Assembly (NCBI GenBank): GCA_036389105.1
Contig: DASVQK010000052.1
Location: 1-58,890 of the forward strand
DNA: 58,890 bases
Source of the DNA: Thermoleophilaceae bacterium
GTDB taxonomy: Bacteria; Actinomycetota; Thermoleophilia; Solirubrobacterales; Thermoleophilaceae
Reading direction: 5' to 3'
The notes under the pieces are model-generated. The model was not told the origin of the DNA, made no database searches, and saw only the letters and a program-made list of their open reading frames with translations. Of this stretch, positions 34,826-42,890 are shown one piece after another; the stretch's first letter is position 1, and every line of letters starts with the position of its first letter. The translations under genes were made by a program, and so were the position numbers.

Positions 34826-35799
34826 TCGACCACTGGCCAGCCGCCGTCCCAGCGCAGGTTGTTGATGCCCAGGAACGAGGTGTAGTTCAGCCGCGAGTCG
34901 TACCAGTGGTAGACGAGCAGGTCGCGGTCCGTGTTCGGGTCGTGCACGACGGTCTGGCCGCCCGGCCCGACCACGTGGGCGTGCTGACTCAGGACCGGCG
35001 AGCTGCCGCCGCCGGTCATCGCCGTGCCGTTCCTGTCCACGTACGGCCCGGTCATCGAAGTCGAGCGGCCCACGCGGATCTCATAGGTCGGCCTCGAAGG
35101 GTTGATCAGCGCTGGGCAGCACGAGCCGTAGGACGCGAACAGGTAGTAGAAGCCGTCGCGCTTGAAGACGTACGCGCCCTCGATCGCGCTGCCCGAGGCG
35201 GGCTTGGCGAGGTGGATCGGGCTCGCGCCGCTCTTCACCTTTCCCGTCGACGGATCGAGCTCGATCGTGTAGATCCCGTTCCAGTACGAGCCGAAGGTGA
35301 GCCACCAGCGCCCGTCGTCGTCGACAAGCAGCGCAGGGTCGATCGCGTTGTACGGGTCGCCCTCGCGGCTCGCCAGCACGAGGCCCTTGTCCGTCCACGA
35401 CTGCGGCTCGGCGGTGAGGCTCGTGGCCAGGCCGATCGCCGAGTGCTGGCTTCCGACGCTCGACGGCGCGTAGTACATCCAGTAGCGCCCGTCGTGGTAG
35501 GAGACGTCGGGGGCCCAGTAGTTGCCGTTGCCGTACTGGCGCGTCCACTCCGGCACCGGGTCGAGCGGCCCTGGCCCGCGTACCCAGACGGTGCGGTCGG
35601 CCGAATAGCGCACCTGGTTGTGAGTGGAGAACAGCGCGTAGCGCGGCGTCCCGTTGCGGACCACGAGTGAGGGGTCGTGAGTCTGGGCGTCGCCGACGGC
35701 GGCCTGCGGCATCGGGAATTGGGCGCCGGCGGGGGCGGCGGCCGCGAGCGCGACGAGCGCCGCGAGCGCGAACGACAGCCTCAGGCCCCCCAGCCGCAT
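34822..35799 (-). CDS. Secreted glycoside hydrolase family 43; tandem paralog
   Basis: Same motif set as the neighbouring gene (THDPSLV, YWAPDVSYHDGRYWMYY, NAIDPALLVDDDGRWWLTFGS, GAYVFKRDGFYYLF). Its stop overlaps the downstream start (ATGA). Confidence 0.85.
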   Translation of the reverse strand: MRLGGLRLSFALAALVALAAAAPAGAQFPMPQAAVGDAQTHDPSLVVRNGTPRYALFSTHNQVRYSADRTVWVRGPGPLDPVPEWTRQYGNGNYWAPDVSYHDGRYWMYYAPSSVGSQHSAIGLATSLTAEPQSWTDKGLVLASREGDPYNAIDPALLVDDDGRWWLTFGSYWNGIYTIELDPSTGKVKSGASPIHLAKPASGSAIEGAYVFKRDGFYYLFASYGSCCPALINPSRPTYEIRVGRSTSMTGPYVDRNGTAMTGGGSSPVLSQHAHVVGPGGQTVVHDPNTDRDLLVYHWYDSRLNYTSFLGINNLRWDGGWPVVE

Positions 35800-35925
35800 G
35801 ACGGCGGGTATACCATGGCTCGCTCGCTGGAGCGATCACACGGCAAGAGGCTTCTCCGTGAGGAGCTCGGGCACGAACGGGAGCGCCAGCGCTACTTCAC
35901 GGAGGTCGTGACCAACCGCACCACT

Positions 35926-36075
35926 TAGTGGGTGCCGTGGAGGGGCGCGGCGGTGCCAACCGCGCGATGCCCCCCCACAAACCGGCCGTCCCACTGGATC
36001 GCGACGCCGCCGGTCCCGTCCGACTTGCCGAAGTCGGTCACCAGCTTGGTCGGAGTCGTCGTGAGCGGTTTGGGA
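35926..36075 (-). pseudogene. C-terminal gene remnant abutting palindromic repeat copy A
   Basis: The reverse frame reads ..TPTKLVTDFGKSDGTGGVAIQWDGRFVGGHRAVGTAAPLHGTH and then stops. The upstream part is replaced by the repeat at 36067 and the tRNA scar at 36160. Confidence 0.3.
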
Positions 36076-36108
36076 CCAGAAACTTCAGTTTGGTCCCAAA
36101 CGGGCGCC
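36067..36108. repeat. Palindromic repeat copy A
   Basis: An 11-bp stem: GTTTGGGACCA (36068-36078) pairs with TGGTCCCAAAC (36091-36101). The tail ACGGGCGCC is shared with copies B and C. Confidence 0.75.
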
Positions 36109-36159
36109 TACACCCAGCGCCGATCGCCCGCAAAACACCACCATATGCAGGAGTTCTGT

Positions 36160-36204
36160 AAATGGCGAGGGCCGGAATCGAACCGGCGACAGCACGATTT
36201 TCAG
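36160..36204 (-). repeat. attR-like duplicate of the tRNA-Phe 3' half (45 bp)
   Basis: AAATGGCGAGGGCCGGAATCGAACCGGCGACAGCACGATTTTCAG is identical to 42888-42932 at 44/45 positions (G vs C at one site). Homology ends inside the anticodon loop. Confidence 0.9.
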
Positions 36205-36212
36205 GGACACGC

Positions 36213-36239
36213 GGTTTCGCGACGACACGTCGCGAAACC
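36213..36239. repeat. Perfect 12-bp hairpin immediately inside the island boundary
   Basis: GGTTTCGCGACG-ACA-CGTCGCGAAACC, located 9 nt after the att-like repeat. Confidence 0.6.
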
Positions 36240-36275
36240 CCAAATGCGCGCCGTCACTCTTAGGTCGGCGCGGGC

Positions 36276-36357
36276 TGGATAGCCGCGGATTTACCGGGGA
36301 TCTCCGCGGGTTTGGGACCTGAAGCTGCATGCCAGGTCCCGATGCCCCACGGGCGCC
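36276..36357. repeat. Palindromic repeat copy B (extended form)
   Basis: TGGATAGCCGCGGAT..GGTTTGGGACCTGAAGC..CAGGTCCC..ACGGGCGCC. It has an 8-bp stem GGGACCTG/CAGGTCCC. It aligns with copy C over about 80 nt, including the upstream TGGATA-CC-GCGGAT block. Confidence 0.75.
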
Positions 36358-36721
36358 CGAAGCAGCGACGGCGAAGGGAGAAACCGCGCCATCGAGACCT
36401 CCGAGGCATGTCCTCTCGACGGGACCCCGCGGGTGTCAGCTCGACGCGCGACCCGCACTTCTGGCTCAAGAGCCCAGCAAAGCGTGCGTGGTCGAGTCGC
36501 CGAAGCTCGGGGCGGCTCGTGACGCCACCCCAGGGCGCGTCGGAGGTCGCGGCTCGCGGAACGTCAATACGGGGACGAGCGAAAGGCCTCGGCGCCACCG
36601 CCGGCCGCGACTTGGCATCCGGTACGGCGGGCTCCCACGACGACCCGGTGCATCGCATGGCGACGGCGCTCCCCTTACGCCCGATCACCCACGGGCTGCC
36701 ATGGGCGAGCCGCCGACCGGT

Positions 36722-37903
36722 TCACCCGGCGGGCCCGTCGAACGCGAAGAAGTTGTTCCCGGACCAGCCGAGTTGCCAGTACCAGCTGATCCACGTGTTC
36801 GGCTCCGTGCGCGTGTCGAAGTACGTGTCCTGGCGGCAGTCGATCGCGACCGGGTTCGAGCTCGGACACGTCCCCTCGTGGTAGTACTGCCCCGGGTACA
36901 TGCCACCGTCGTCGTAGCACATGACGTCGATGCCGTCGGCGCAGTGGCTGTTCTTCGTTCCCTGCGGGGCGGTGACGTTGACCGCGCCGAGCGTGTGGAA
37001 CAGCTCATGCATCGGCACGTACGTGTGCCAGGTGCCCGGCTCTGCGTCGGTGCGCCCGCGCCACACCACGGAGTACATGGACGTCGTGTTGTTCCAGTTG
37101 TTCGCGCTCCGGTTCCACGCCCCCATCGCGTCCTGGCAGTAGCACTCGCCGATGCCGGCGGCTTGGCCCGAGCCGAACTGGGGGTACACGCCGTGGTCGT
37201 AGAAGATGAGGTACTTGCGCGGACCGCTGCCGTAGCACTGAGGCTGGCCCGTGCAGAAGCCGGCGTCTATCGCCGCCTGCCTGACCGCGGCGAAGGTGTT
37301 CGCCCCATAGTTGACGAACGCGGGCAGGCGGACGCTGACCTCGTCGTTGTAGCAGGGCGTCCTGATCTGCGCCGCCGGCCCGCCGCTGTTGAGCGCCGCC
37401 GCCCTGAGTGCGGCGTTCATTCGCCATAGCGCGTTGTTGATCGTGGGATAGAACTCGTCGCGCCGGTACGGGCTCGACGCGTGCCGGCCGTACAGGACCA
37501 CGATGCTGTTCACGTCTGGACCGTAGGAAATGCAGTACGGGGTATCGCCGAGGCCCCCAGGCAGCTGGTAGTTGGCGCCCGGCATGGCGACCGGGTCGGG
37601 CCCGTGCGTCATCGACAGCTCGCCGTCGCGCGCGCGCAGCAGGTACGACCCGCTCGGCAGCCGCCGGGCGGTGCCGAGGCCGTCCACCCGCCCGAACCCG
37701 CGCGTGCTCGGCGCCGCGCCGAGCGGCCGCGCCGGCGACCGGTTACGCGCGCCGACCGCCTTGAGCGCGGCCTCCAGCTCTCCGGTCGACTGTGGGGCCG
37801 CGGGCGGCGGTGTGGCCTGGCCCGGCCCGGCTGCGGCGCTGGCGAGAACGGCGAAGGCGGCAGCGACCCCCGCTGTGACTGAGGCGATGCGACTGGTGCG
37901 CAT
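36722..37903 (-). CDS. Secreted Cys-rich HExxH protein (putative zinc metalloprotease, family unassigned)
   Basis: ATG 37903 follows GGGAAGGA. Signal peptide MRTSRIASVTAGVAAAFAVLASAAAG. HELFHTLG motif, with many Cys residues. Confidence 0.75.
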   Translation of the reverse strand: MRTSRIASVTAGVAAAFAVLASAAAGPGQATPPPAAPQSTGELEAALKAVGARNRSPARPLGAAPSTRGFGRVDGLGTARRLPSGSYLLRARDGELSMTHGPDPVAMPGANYQLPGGLGDTPYCISYGPDVNSIVVLYGRHASSPYRRDEFYPTINNALWRMNAALRAAALNSGGPAAQIRTPCYNDEVSVRLPAFVNYGANTFAAVRQAAIDAGFCTGQPQCYGSGPRKYLIFYDHGVYPQFGSGQAAGIGECYCQDAMGAWNRSANNWNNTTSMYSVVWRGRTDAEPGTWHTYVPMHELFHTLGAVNVTAPQGTKNSHCADGIDVMCYDDGGMYPGQYYHEGTCPSSNPVAIDCRQDTYFDTRTEPNTWISWYWQLGWSGNNFFAFDGPAG

Positions 37904-38090
37904 GGTCCTTCCCTTCTGGACTTGCGCTACGGCAACCGCAGCGTCAGCCAGCTAATCCCCTCGCCTCATCGGCCTTGAGGACACGAGAAGGGTTGAGCCC
38001 TACAGCGAGTCCGTCCGAGTACGAACGTAGATCCGCCGCGACTGGCTGTCAAGCCCCGGAATCGGAGACCGGTCTCGGCGTCGACGTGCG

Positions 38091-38170
38091 TGGATACCTG
38101 CGGATACCCGCAGTTGCCCTTGGGTTTGGGACCTGAAGCGGCCCCTCTGGTCCCAATGACCTACGGGTGC
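38091..38170. repeat. Palindromic repeat copy C (extended form)
   Basis: TGGATACCTGCGGAT..GGTTTGGGACCTGAAGC..GGTCCCAA..ACGGGTGC. It has an 8-bp stem TTGGGACC/GGTCCCAA. It is in direct orientation with copy B, and its tail supplies the stop codon of the transposase fragment. Confidence 0.75.
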
Positions 38171-38376
38171 ACGGACAGCGGCAGCGCCCGGTTCAGCGCC
38201 GCGAGCAGCATGCGATCAGCCGGGCTGGGCTGCGGCCGCCCGAGCTGACGGCGCGCGATCGTGAGCTCGTGCCGGAGCACCAAGATCTCGAGCTCCTTGT
38301 GGTCGCTCGAGCGCATCCGCAGCGCGAGCAGCTGAAACGTCCCGCATAGCCCCCGGTAAAGCAACGCCCAGAGCAC
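38161..38376 (-). pseudogene. N-terminal fragment of an integrase-core (IS481/IS3-like) transposase
   Basis: VLWALLYRGLCGTFQLLALRMRSSDHKELEILVLRHELTIARRQLGRPQPSPADRMLLAALNRALP matches the common N-terminal pattern of actinobacterial rve-type transposases. It is cut off after about 68 aa. Confidence 0.6.
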
Positions 38377-38501
38377 ACAGCACCTCCCAGGTAGCCCAGC
38401 ATGAAGCGCGGCAAGCTACCGACGCCGCCGTCACGTCGCGCGCTCAGGCCGAGCGCGGAATCGACTTTTCGAACCCTACGGGGGGTACATGTCAGCGGGT
38501 G

Positions 38502-38624
38502 CTGCGCTTGGACGTCACGCCGGACTACCTGACGATCAACGCCTAGCGCGTGACCGGCTGGCGTTACGACGAGAAGAATCCGCCGCGCGAGGGCTGCGTG
38601 CGGATCAAGCTCCGGGAACAGTAA
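38502..38624 (+). pseudogene. Remnant copy of the 3' end of the membrane phosphoesterase gene
   Basis: It is 105/123 nt identical to 27953-28075 by manual codon-by-codon count. It reads LRLDVTPDYLTINA*RVTGWRYDEKNPPREGCVRIKLREQ*, with an in-frame TAG at 38544-38546. Confidence 0.85.
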
Positions 38625-38738
38625 GTAGCCCTTGGCGGACTCAAAAATAGTCCGTCCGGGAGATGTTCTGCGAGATCGCATGGCCTAGCGTCGCTGATGC
38701 CCACCACGCCGATCGGCGTATGTCAATAAGGAGGAAGC

Positions 38739-39074
38739 ATGATTAGGAAGTTCGCGCTCGCGGCGCTGCTGACGGCTGCGCTCATAGCCATTGTCGCGGT
38801 TCCCGCGCTGGCTCACGAGGTGAAGATCTGGCACGGGGATGACACTTCCCGTGTTTGGGACACCCACACCCAAATCAACGCGTGCGATCACGAAGCAGAC
38901 GGCCACGGTGTCAGAGCGCATTGGAGGGACTCCGCCGGCAACATCAGCGTGGGTGATTGGGACCCGGATGGCTCGGGCGGGCCAGCGTGCGGCACGGATA
39001 ACCTTCCCAGCAGCGCGGTTCAGTTCCGCCTGTGTGAGAATGAGGTCGGCTGCACGGAGTGGTCGAACAAGTAG
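38739..39074 (+). CDS. Small secreted Cys-containing protein; paralog of 959-1303
   Basis: ATG follows AAGGAGGAAG. Signal peptide MIRKFALAALLTAALIAIVAVPALAH. Motifs ACDHEADGHGVRAHW and FRLCENEVGCTEW. Confidence 0.8.
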   Translation: MIRKFALAALLTAALIAIVAVPALAHEVKIWHGDDTSRVWDTHTQINACDHEADGHGVRAHWRDSAGNISVGDWDPDGSGGPACGTDNLPSSAVQFRLCENEVGCTEWSNK

Positions 39075-39391
39075 TGATGAAGAGTTGAGCGGCGGGGGCG
39101 GCGCGCTCAAAGGTGCCGCCCGCGGCCCTATGGCCAGTCGTGTCGCTTCTGCGTAATAACGGGCTGATGGCACTCGCCGCCGCGTGCTCTTCCGCTTTAC
39201 GATCGCCTACGCGTCGACCTCACGCGCTTGGCAGCCACGACGCTCGACTATGCCAAACAAGACGCAGTCCTGTCGGACACAGTACATGGCTAGATGTGCT
39301 TGACGTAATCGCGTCTTATCGAGCGCTGCGCCTCTAAGCGGCCAGGGACGTGGTCGCCACGTCACTGGAGCGTGCCCCCAGACGAGCCGCT

Positions 39392-39796
39392 CTACGAAAC
39401 GCCGGCCTTGCGCTGGTGCTTCGCGGCGAGCTGCGGGTTTGAGCCTTCCTGATGCGGATCGTAGTACTGGTACTCGAACGCGACGGCGTCTCCGGCGTTC
39501 AAGATGGTGGTGTCAATTCCCGTCTCGCTCGACGTGCCATTGACAAAGAACTCCCAGTAGACGCCCGGCTGGTCGCCGATCTGCTCGATCTCCTCGAGGA
39601 AGTACCCCCATGACTCGCCGTAGTAGGCGACAGAGAAACCATAATTCTGGTCCGTACGAAGGTTGTAGGCACCCTCGAGCGCCTGCTGCGCGTTCATGCC
39701 GTTCGTCCAGGGCACGCCCTGGACGTCGACGATCGTGTTTCCGAGAATCGTCGCGCTCACGGACACCGTGTTGCCGTTACTCACTGCCTCCCCCAT
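39392..39796 (-). CDS. DUF4430-like protein
   Basis: WGYFLEEIEQIG..GVYWEFFVNGTSSETGIDTTILNAGDAVAFEY matches the DUF4430 pattern (W-x-Y/F-x-VNG..G....L..GD.I.F.Y). No signal peptide. More A/T-rich by eye. Confidence 0.6.
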   Translation of the reverse strand: MGEAVSNGNTVSVSATILGNTIVDVQGVPWTNGMNAQQALEGAYNLRTDQNYGFSVAYYGESWGYFLEEIEQIGDQPGVYWEFFVNGTSSETGIDTTILNAGDAVAFEYQYYDPHQEGSNPQLAAKHQRKAGVS

Positions 39797-40245
39797 TCCT
39801 CGCTCCAGACACTCTAGCCACTTTTAGCGCGCCGAACCGGTTGCTGTCCCTCGGTCGGTTGGGTGGGCTGATCGAGCAGGTCCGCGTCGATCACCCCGCC
39901 CGTGGACGCCAGCATGGCAAGCGCGCTAGCAGCTGTTCTGCGCAATCGCGAGGAAGACCACGGAGAAAGGCGTGTGGCGGTGCGCTCAGCGCTTGCTTAT
40001 GAAGAACGAGAGGATCCTAAGCGAGCGGAATCCGCCGGCGCTGCTCAATCAGGACCGTTCGAAGCCAGAGCGCGTCGTGTAGAACCGAATGGCGGGCCGA
40101 ACGGCGGGAGTAGCTGAGGCGATCCCGTAGCCACTCGGCCTCTGAGGCTCATATCGAGCCCGCACCGCGGGTCCGGTCGCAGGGCTCACACCTAGCTAAG
40201 GCCGTGGCCGCGTTATGCCTCGTCCGCCATTCGGGTGGATCCACC

Positions 40246-40455
40246 TCAGCCGCCACGCTTGATGCGGAACTTCCCCGGCTCGGTGCGCTCGACGAAACGG
40301 CCCCGCTTCGCGTTCACCGCGAGCTGGGCGGCGAGGGTCTGCTCCGGCGTCTTGCCCTTGAGGCCCGGGGCGAGCTTGCGCTCGCGGATCTCCGCGTAGA
40401 TCTCGCCCGCCGTCATCGGGTTGCGCTTGCCGCGCAACACCTCCATCGCCGCCAT
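40246..40455 (-). CDS. Small winged-helix (HARE-HTH/Mrr_N-like) protein
   Basis: PMTAGEIYAEIRERKLAPGLKGKTPEQTLAAQLAVNAKRGRFVERTEPGKFRIK is a pattern common in phage and plasmid small wHTH proteins. The N-terminus is uncertain. Confidence 0.5.
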   Translation of the reverse strand: MAAMEVLRGKRNPMTAGEIYAEIRERKLAPGLKGKTPEQTLAAQLAVNAKRGRFVERTEPGKFRIKRGG

Positions 40456-40542
40456 ATCGTCGAGCCCTCGCGTGGCCCGCGCTGCGCGGCCTTCGGCTTG
40501 GCGCCGTCTTCGGCTTCGGCTTCTGTTACGTACTTGTGTTGC

Positions 40543-40845
40543 TCACTGCTCCTCCTTCGGGTCCTTTTGTTCTGGCGGCAGGTCGAGCTGGTCGATCAGC
40601 ACCGAGTGATCGACCCGCCATCCCTCCGGCGTGCGGTGCTTGTCCTGCTCGATCCGCCCCGTCACGCCGATGCGGTCGCCGCGCCGGAGCTGCTCGGCGC
40701 AATCGCGCGCCTCGAGCCCGAACGTGGTGACCGCGACGTAGACGACGCCCGGCTCTCGCCGGTCGCCGCTGGCGTGCCGCGGCACGGCGAGCCGCATCCG
40801 GCAGCGGACCGGCTCGGCGCCGTCCTCGTGTAGCTCGGGGGGCAC
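40543..40845 (-). CDS. ssb: Single-stranded DNA-binding protein-like OB fold, 5'-degenerate
   Basis: PPELHEDGAEPVRCRMRLAV..VYVAVTTFGLEARDCAEQLRRGDRIGVTGRIEQDKHRTPEGWRVDHSVLIDQLDL aligns with the SSB core. The canonical MNxVxLxGRL first strand is missing or unrecognisable, and only a GTG start is available. Confidence 0.55.
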   Translation of the reverse strand: MPPELHEDGAEPVRCRMRLAVPRHASGDRREPGVVYVAVTTFGLEARDCAEQLRRGDRIGVTGRIEQDKHRTPEGWRVDHSVLIDQLDLPPEQKDPKEEQ

Positions 40846-40957
40846 AGGACGCCGAAACGCGCGACTGCCTAGATGCCGCTCAAGCGCGCCGGCCTCGCTG
40901 TCGTAGGCGCGATGAGCACCCGCGTAAGATCACTTGAGTGGCCCGGGCAGGTGAAGC

Positions 40958-41287
40958 GTGAACCGTATCGCCGCTGCCGCTGCCAGCTTCGGCCTCATGG
41001 CACTCGCCGGGGTATGGGGAGGGCTTGCCTTCCTTGTTCTGGGCTATCGAATTGACGACTACTGCGAGGACGCGGACATCTGCACCGACGCCGCGCCAAT
41101 CCGAGCGTGCGCGCAGCTCCTGATCGCGATCGTCGGTGTCGTCTCGACGTTTCAGCTTGCAGGCGCGGGTGTCCGCTACGCGTCGACGGGTGAAACGCCG
41201 GGCGAGAAGGTCCGCCGCCGGGTCGTCCCGGCGGGGGCCTCTCTCGTCCTGTGGCTCCTCATCGTGGGGACGCTCAGATTTCCGTGA
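40958..41287 (+). CDS. Small membrane protein (3 predicted helices)
   Basis: GTG start. Hydrophobic segments: AAAASFGLMALAGVWGGLAFLVLGY, AQLLIAIVGVVSTFQLAG, ASLVLWLLIVGTL. Confidence 0.45.
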   Translation: MNRIAAAAASFGLMALAGVWGGLAFLVLGYRIDDYCEDADICTDAAPIRACAQLLIAIVGVVSTFQLAGAGVRYASTGETPGEKVRRRVVPAGASLVLWLLIVGTLRFP

Positions 41288-41604
41288 CCCGCGCCGGGCG
41301 TGTGCGGGTGCCGTCCGGCTGAACGACGCGGACGGCCCGCAGCACGTCGTACCCCTGGCGGCGAACCTCGGTTGGTCCGACCCCCGACGACACCAGGATC
41401 GCCCAAGGACTGCGTGTTGTCCCCCGCGGCGAAGCGGTAGTAGTAGATCCGCTTGATCCCGAGCCGGTCGTAGCGGGGGTCATCGAGGAGACTGGTGACG
41501 AATCGCACCCCCTCGCACTGCTCCCAGTCGTCCGCCTTGAGCACCTGCCTGAAGCGCGGGAGGTGCTTCCTCGGGATGGCCCTCTTCGTCACGGTGAACT
41601 CCAC
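41274..41604 (-). pseudogene. Frameshifted small ORF
   Basis: Frame 1 reads VEFTVTKRAIPRKHLPRF..LGIKRIYYYRFAAGDNTQS. The coding-looking sequence continues in another frame as AILVSSGVGPTEVRRQGYDVLRAVRVVQPDG..VTEI*. Confidence 0.4.
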
Positions 41605-41820
41605 TGACGCACCGGTCTCCGTGAGCCAGAGACTCCTCCGTTCGAACTCTTCGTGGAAGAAGCGGAGCTCGCGTACGCCGTCGCCTCTCCCGTTGCCCCC
41701 ACGCCCGCACAGGTCGGGCTCAACGGGTCCTCCTGACCCACAGCGGCCGAGCTGCTCCGTCGAGCTATTCGCGCTTCCCGGAAACCGCGCAGGCTCAGGT
41801 CTGCTTCCCGCGCGTCCCCC

Positions 41821-42162
41821 TCACCCGCGCGAGCGTCGCCCCAGGTACAGCAAGATCAGCCCGGCTGGCAGCAGGATCACGAGCGCGTAGGTAACGGGAA
41901 TCCAGTCTTCGTCCGGTTGCTCGAGGACGTCGAGGCCAACCAGCGCGTCATACACCAGCGACATGAGGACCCATGACAGCGGCAGCAGATAACGGCCCCG
42001 ACCAAGCGGCGCCGCCCCGGCAACGATCAGTCCGGCCGCGGTCACCATCCATAGAACCGGTATGAGCGCGTTGTCGATCAGTCGTCCTCCGACGAGGACC
42101 AGCGGATAGACCGCGACGACGTACGTCCCCGCCGCCAAGACGTGGGGTCTGAGCGAAGACAC
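41821..42162 (-). CDS. Small membrane protein (3-4 helices)
   Basis: GTG start. Hydrophobic segments: VLAAGTYVVAVYPLVLVGG, LIPVLWMVTAAGLIVAGAA, LLPLSWVLMSLVYDALVGL, VTYALVILLPAGLILLYL. Confidence 0.5.
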   Translation of the reverse strand: MSSLRPHVLAAGTYVVAVYPLVLVGGRLIDNALIPVLWMVTAAGLIVAGAAPLGRGRYLLPLSWVLMSLVYDALVGLDVLEQPDEDWIPVTYALVILLPAGLILLYLGRRSRG

Positions 42163-42175
42163 AGCCTGGTCGATG

Positions 42176-42632
42176 CTAGGGCCAGGTCCTGCGGACGCGG
42201 TGATATCGGTTCTCGATCGGATACGTGTTGACGGGAGTCGTGTGATCGGCGAAGAGGCAGGCCTTGTCGGCGTTGTTGTGAGAGTGGCAGTAAAACCATT
42301 GCTCCGGGTGGCTGCGCTTGGGACGAATGGTCCGCTGTCCGTCCTTTATCACCGTTCCCGAGTTGGTGCTGCCGTCGTCGGTGTCATACCAGCCGAAGTA
42401 CTTTCTCCGGAAACTTCAGCCCGCGCCCGTTAGCGCTCCCGATCGCGAAGACCGGATCGTCTCCGTCGCTCGTCAGGTCGTCGCGATATGGGTCCGGAAG
42501 GTTCGATTTCCAGTTGCGGGACCAGTCGTCTGACCAGTTCGCCGCGCCAGGCCGCGGGTAGGCCTGCGCCACTGCGGTCCTTGTCGTGCCGCGGCTCGTT
42601 GATGACGATCTGGTCAGGGCGACCGAGTTCAT
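42176..42632 (-). pseudogene. Frameshifted ORF next to tRNA-Phe
   Basis: The upstream frame reads ..AQAYPRPGAANWSDDWSRNWKSNLPDPYRDDLTSDGDDPVFAIGSANGRGLKFPE. After a 1-nt shift near 42400-42415, the downstream frame reads KYFGWYDTDDGSTNSGTVIKDGQRTIRPKRSHPEQWFYCHSHNNADKACLF..RTWP*. Confidence 0.45.
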
Positions 42633-42890
42633 CGCGAGCTGATGTCTCCGACGCTACGGTTCTCTGGCAGGGGAGGCCCGACCTCCTGTGCCGGGCCGGG
42701 GACGTTCCAGAGCCGCCCGGCCGCTTAGCGATTGCGCGCCGACCGTAGCCCTAACCGGCTTGACGATCCAGCCGAACCAGGCGATCGGGACGTGATTGGG
42801 ACGTGGCGCGCAGAGGTTGGCGCCTAAGTCCATCTTTTCGCCGCCCGAAATCGCGCCGAAAAGTTCGCCAAGTGAAGGCACTTCACAAAA

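Noticed and set aside
35815-35928. 37-codon ORF MARSLERSHGKRLLREELGHERERQRYFTEVVTNRTT.
   Set aside because: It has no SD, no recognisable family and overlaps a remnant zone. The evidence is insufficient to call a gene.
39961-40140. Reverse-strand reading ..AEWLRDRLSYSRRSARHSVLHDALWLRTVLIEQRRRIPLA*, considered as an integrase or transposase remnant.
   Set aside because: Only about 43 codons lie between stops, there is no start codon, and no catalytic motif (RHRY or DDE) is recognisable.
41274-41604. RelE/ParE or HigB-like toxin assignment for the frameshifted small ORF.
   Set aside because: Only a vague resemblance exists (RIYYY..ILV..EV..Y). There is no adjacent antitoxin-like gene, so no toxin-antitoxin system is asserted.
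42496-42511. T-arm-like GGAAGGTTCGATTTCC.
   Set aside because: There is no acceptor, D or anticodon arm around it. It lies inside a coding-like, frameshifted ORF.
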